In this document: in pieces, positions 62,926-64,000 of the stretch
Position numbering within the stretch: position 1 is the first letter of the stretch
How the letters are laid out: each line of letters begins with the position of its first letter
Origin: Syntrophales bacterium
GTDB lineage: Bacteria > Desulfobacterota > Syntrophia > Syntrophales > UBA2210
Direction: 5' to 3'
Length of the DNA: 64,000 nt
NCBI GenBank assembly: GCA_963662405.2
Contig: CAXXKT010000002.1
Span: 128,001 to 192,000 of the forward strand
Notes under the pieces: generated by a model
The model's database searches: none
Seen by the model: only the letters and a program-made list of their open reading frames with translations
What the model was told of the DNA's origin: nothing
Made by a program: the position numbers and the translations under genes

Positions 62926-64000
62926 ATGAAGAAATATCCGGGCAAGAAGGACGACATCTCGATCGTGCTGTGTGCGGAGGCCGGGCAAGGAATCCAAACG
63001 ATCGAGCTGCTCCTGACGCATGCATTCAAACATGCGGGGTATCATCTCTTTTCCACCAAGGAATATATGTCGCGGGTTCGCGGGGGGAGCAATTCGACCC
63101 AGCTGCGGGTTTCATCGCAACCGGTCCGGACGCACCGAAGCACAATCGACATTCTCTTTCCCTTGAACAGCGAAGCGCTGAAACATGTCGAGCACCGGAT
63201 TACATCAGAGACCATCATTCTGGGGGATCAAGAAGGACTCTTTAACTCGGGAGATAATAAGATAGAGGTAATAAATGTCCCCCTGTCGGCAATCAGCGCA
63301 GAGATCGGAGGGGCCATATATGCCAACGCTATCGTCTCCGGAGTCATCGCGGCTCTTTTCAGTATCGACATGGAAGGTATCATCGATGATCTGAAGGAAC
63401 TGTTTTTTGAAACGGATAAAACGGTTACAACCCACAACATCCGTGCGGTCAAACGCGGATATGAAATCGGCGGCAACCTGAAACAATCCGGGACTATATC
63501 GATCAACATCAGGAAAGATCCGCAGGTCGCAGGTCAAATCATCATGAACGGTGGGGAGGCGGTGGGGATCGGGGCGCTCGCCGGCGGATGCGATTTCATC
63601 TCTTCTTACCCCATGACACCCGCAACGTCCGTCTTGACTTTTCTTGCACGACAATCGAAGAAATTCGGTATTATTGCGGAACAAGCGGAGGACGAAATAG
63701 CGGCGATCAATATGGCTATCGGCGCATGGTATGCAGGGGGGCGTGCGATAGTAACAACATCGGGTGGGGGATTCGCCCTTATGACCGAGGGATTGAGCCT
63801 TGCAGGGGCTATCGAATCTCCACTCGTGATTCACTTGGCACAAAGACCGGGGCCGGCAACGGGCCTGCCGACAAGAACGGAACAGGGAGACCTTGAACTG
63901 GCTTTGTATGCCGGGCACGGGGAGTTTCCGCGTGTCATCTTCGCTCCGGGGAATATCGAGGAAGCCTTCAAGCTGACGGCCCGGGCCTTCAACCTCGCCG
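62926..64000 (+). CDS. 2-oxoacid:acceptor oxidoreductase subunit alpha (partial, runs off the window; absent from the ORF track)
   Basis: Manual translation [25 protein letters not shown]...EYMSRVRGG...SYPMTPAT...EQAEDEIAA...[11 protein letters not shown]...[11 protein letters not shown]. Confidence 0.92.
   Translation, partial: MKKYPGKKDDISIVLCAEAGQGIQTIELLLTHAFKHAGYHLFSTKEYMSRVRGGSNSTQLRVSSQPVRTHRSTIDILFPLNSEALKHVEHRITSETIILGDQEGLFNSGDNKIEVINVPLSAISAEIGGAIYANAIVSGVIAALFSIDMEGIIDDLKELFFETDKTVTTHNIRAVKRGYEIGGNLKQSGTISINIRKDPQVAGQIIMNGGEAVGIGALAGGCDFISSYPMTPATSVLTFLARQSKKFGIIAEQAEDEIAAINMAIGAWYAGGRAIVTTSGGGFALMTEGLSLAGAIESPLVIHLAQRPGPATGLPTRTEQGDLELALYAGHGEFPRVIFAPGNIEEAFKLTARAFNLA

Noticed and set aside
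1..64000. Genome-wide UGA reassignment (Trp or Gly) as the explanation for the in-frame TGAs
   Set aside because: Many genes end at TGA at family-appropriate lengths (e.g. 2199, 7534, 40379, 61061) and long genes contain no internal TGA.
1..64000. tRNA (including tRNA-Sec), rRNA, CRISPR arrays, transposases or integrases
   Set aside because: None recognised by eye; the Sec machinery must lie outside the window if the selenoprotein calls are right.

Overview
64 kb of chromosome from an anaerobic, GC-rich bacterium. The gene content (hgcAB, AddAB, PEP-CTERM protein, Hsp20-Lon, acyl-CoA enzymes, 2-oxoacid:ferredoxin oxidoreductase) suggests Desulfobacterota, possibly Syntrophales-like; this is inference. 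The main result is a locus at about 9.5-13.2 kb with two genes that the ORF track splits at an in-frame UGA. (1) hgcA, in a probably leaderless marR-hgcA-hgcB mercury-methylation operon, has a 39-residue N-terminal extension containing UGA (codon 27) followed by a SECIS-like hairpin. (2) A 384-codon Ltp2/SCP2-type thiolase-fold gene with its DUF35 partner has UGA at codon 87, in the active-site-cysteine loop region, also followed by a hairpin. This is a candidate selenoprotein family I do not know to be described. Other points: a degenerate duplicate of the addA 3' end brackets a ~2.9 kb insert and is followed by an AT-rich gene; a LolA-like/MMPL-cNMP/outer-membrane protein operon; a structured acs leader; and single-base frameshifts in three genes in the first 6.5 kb, probably sequencing errors. 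No rRNA, tRNA, CRISPR array or transposase was recognised. All family calls come from reading motifs, not from database searches.
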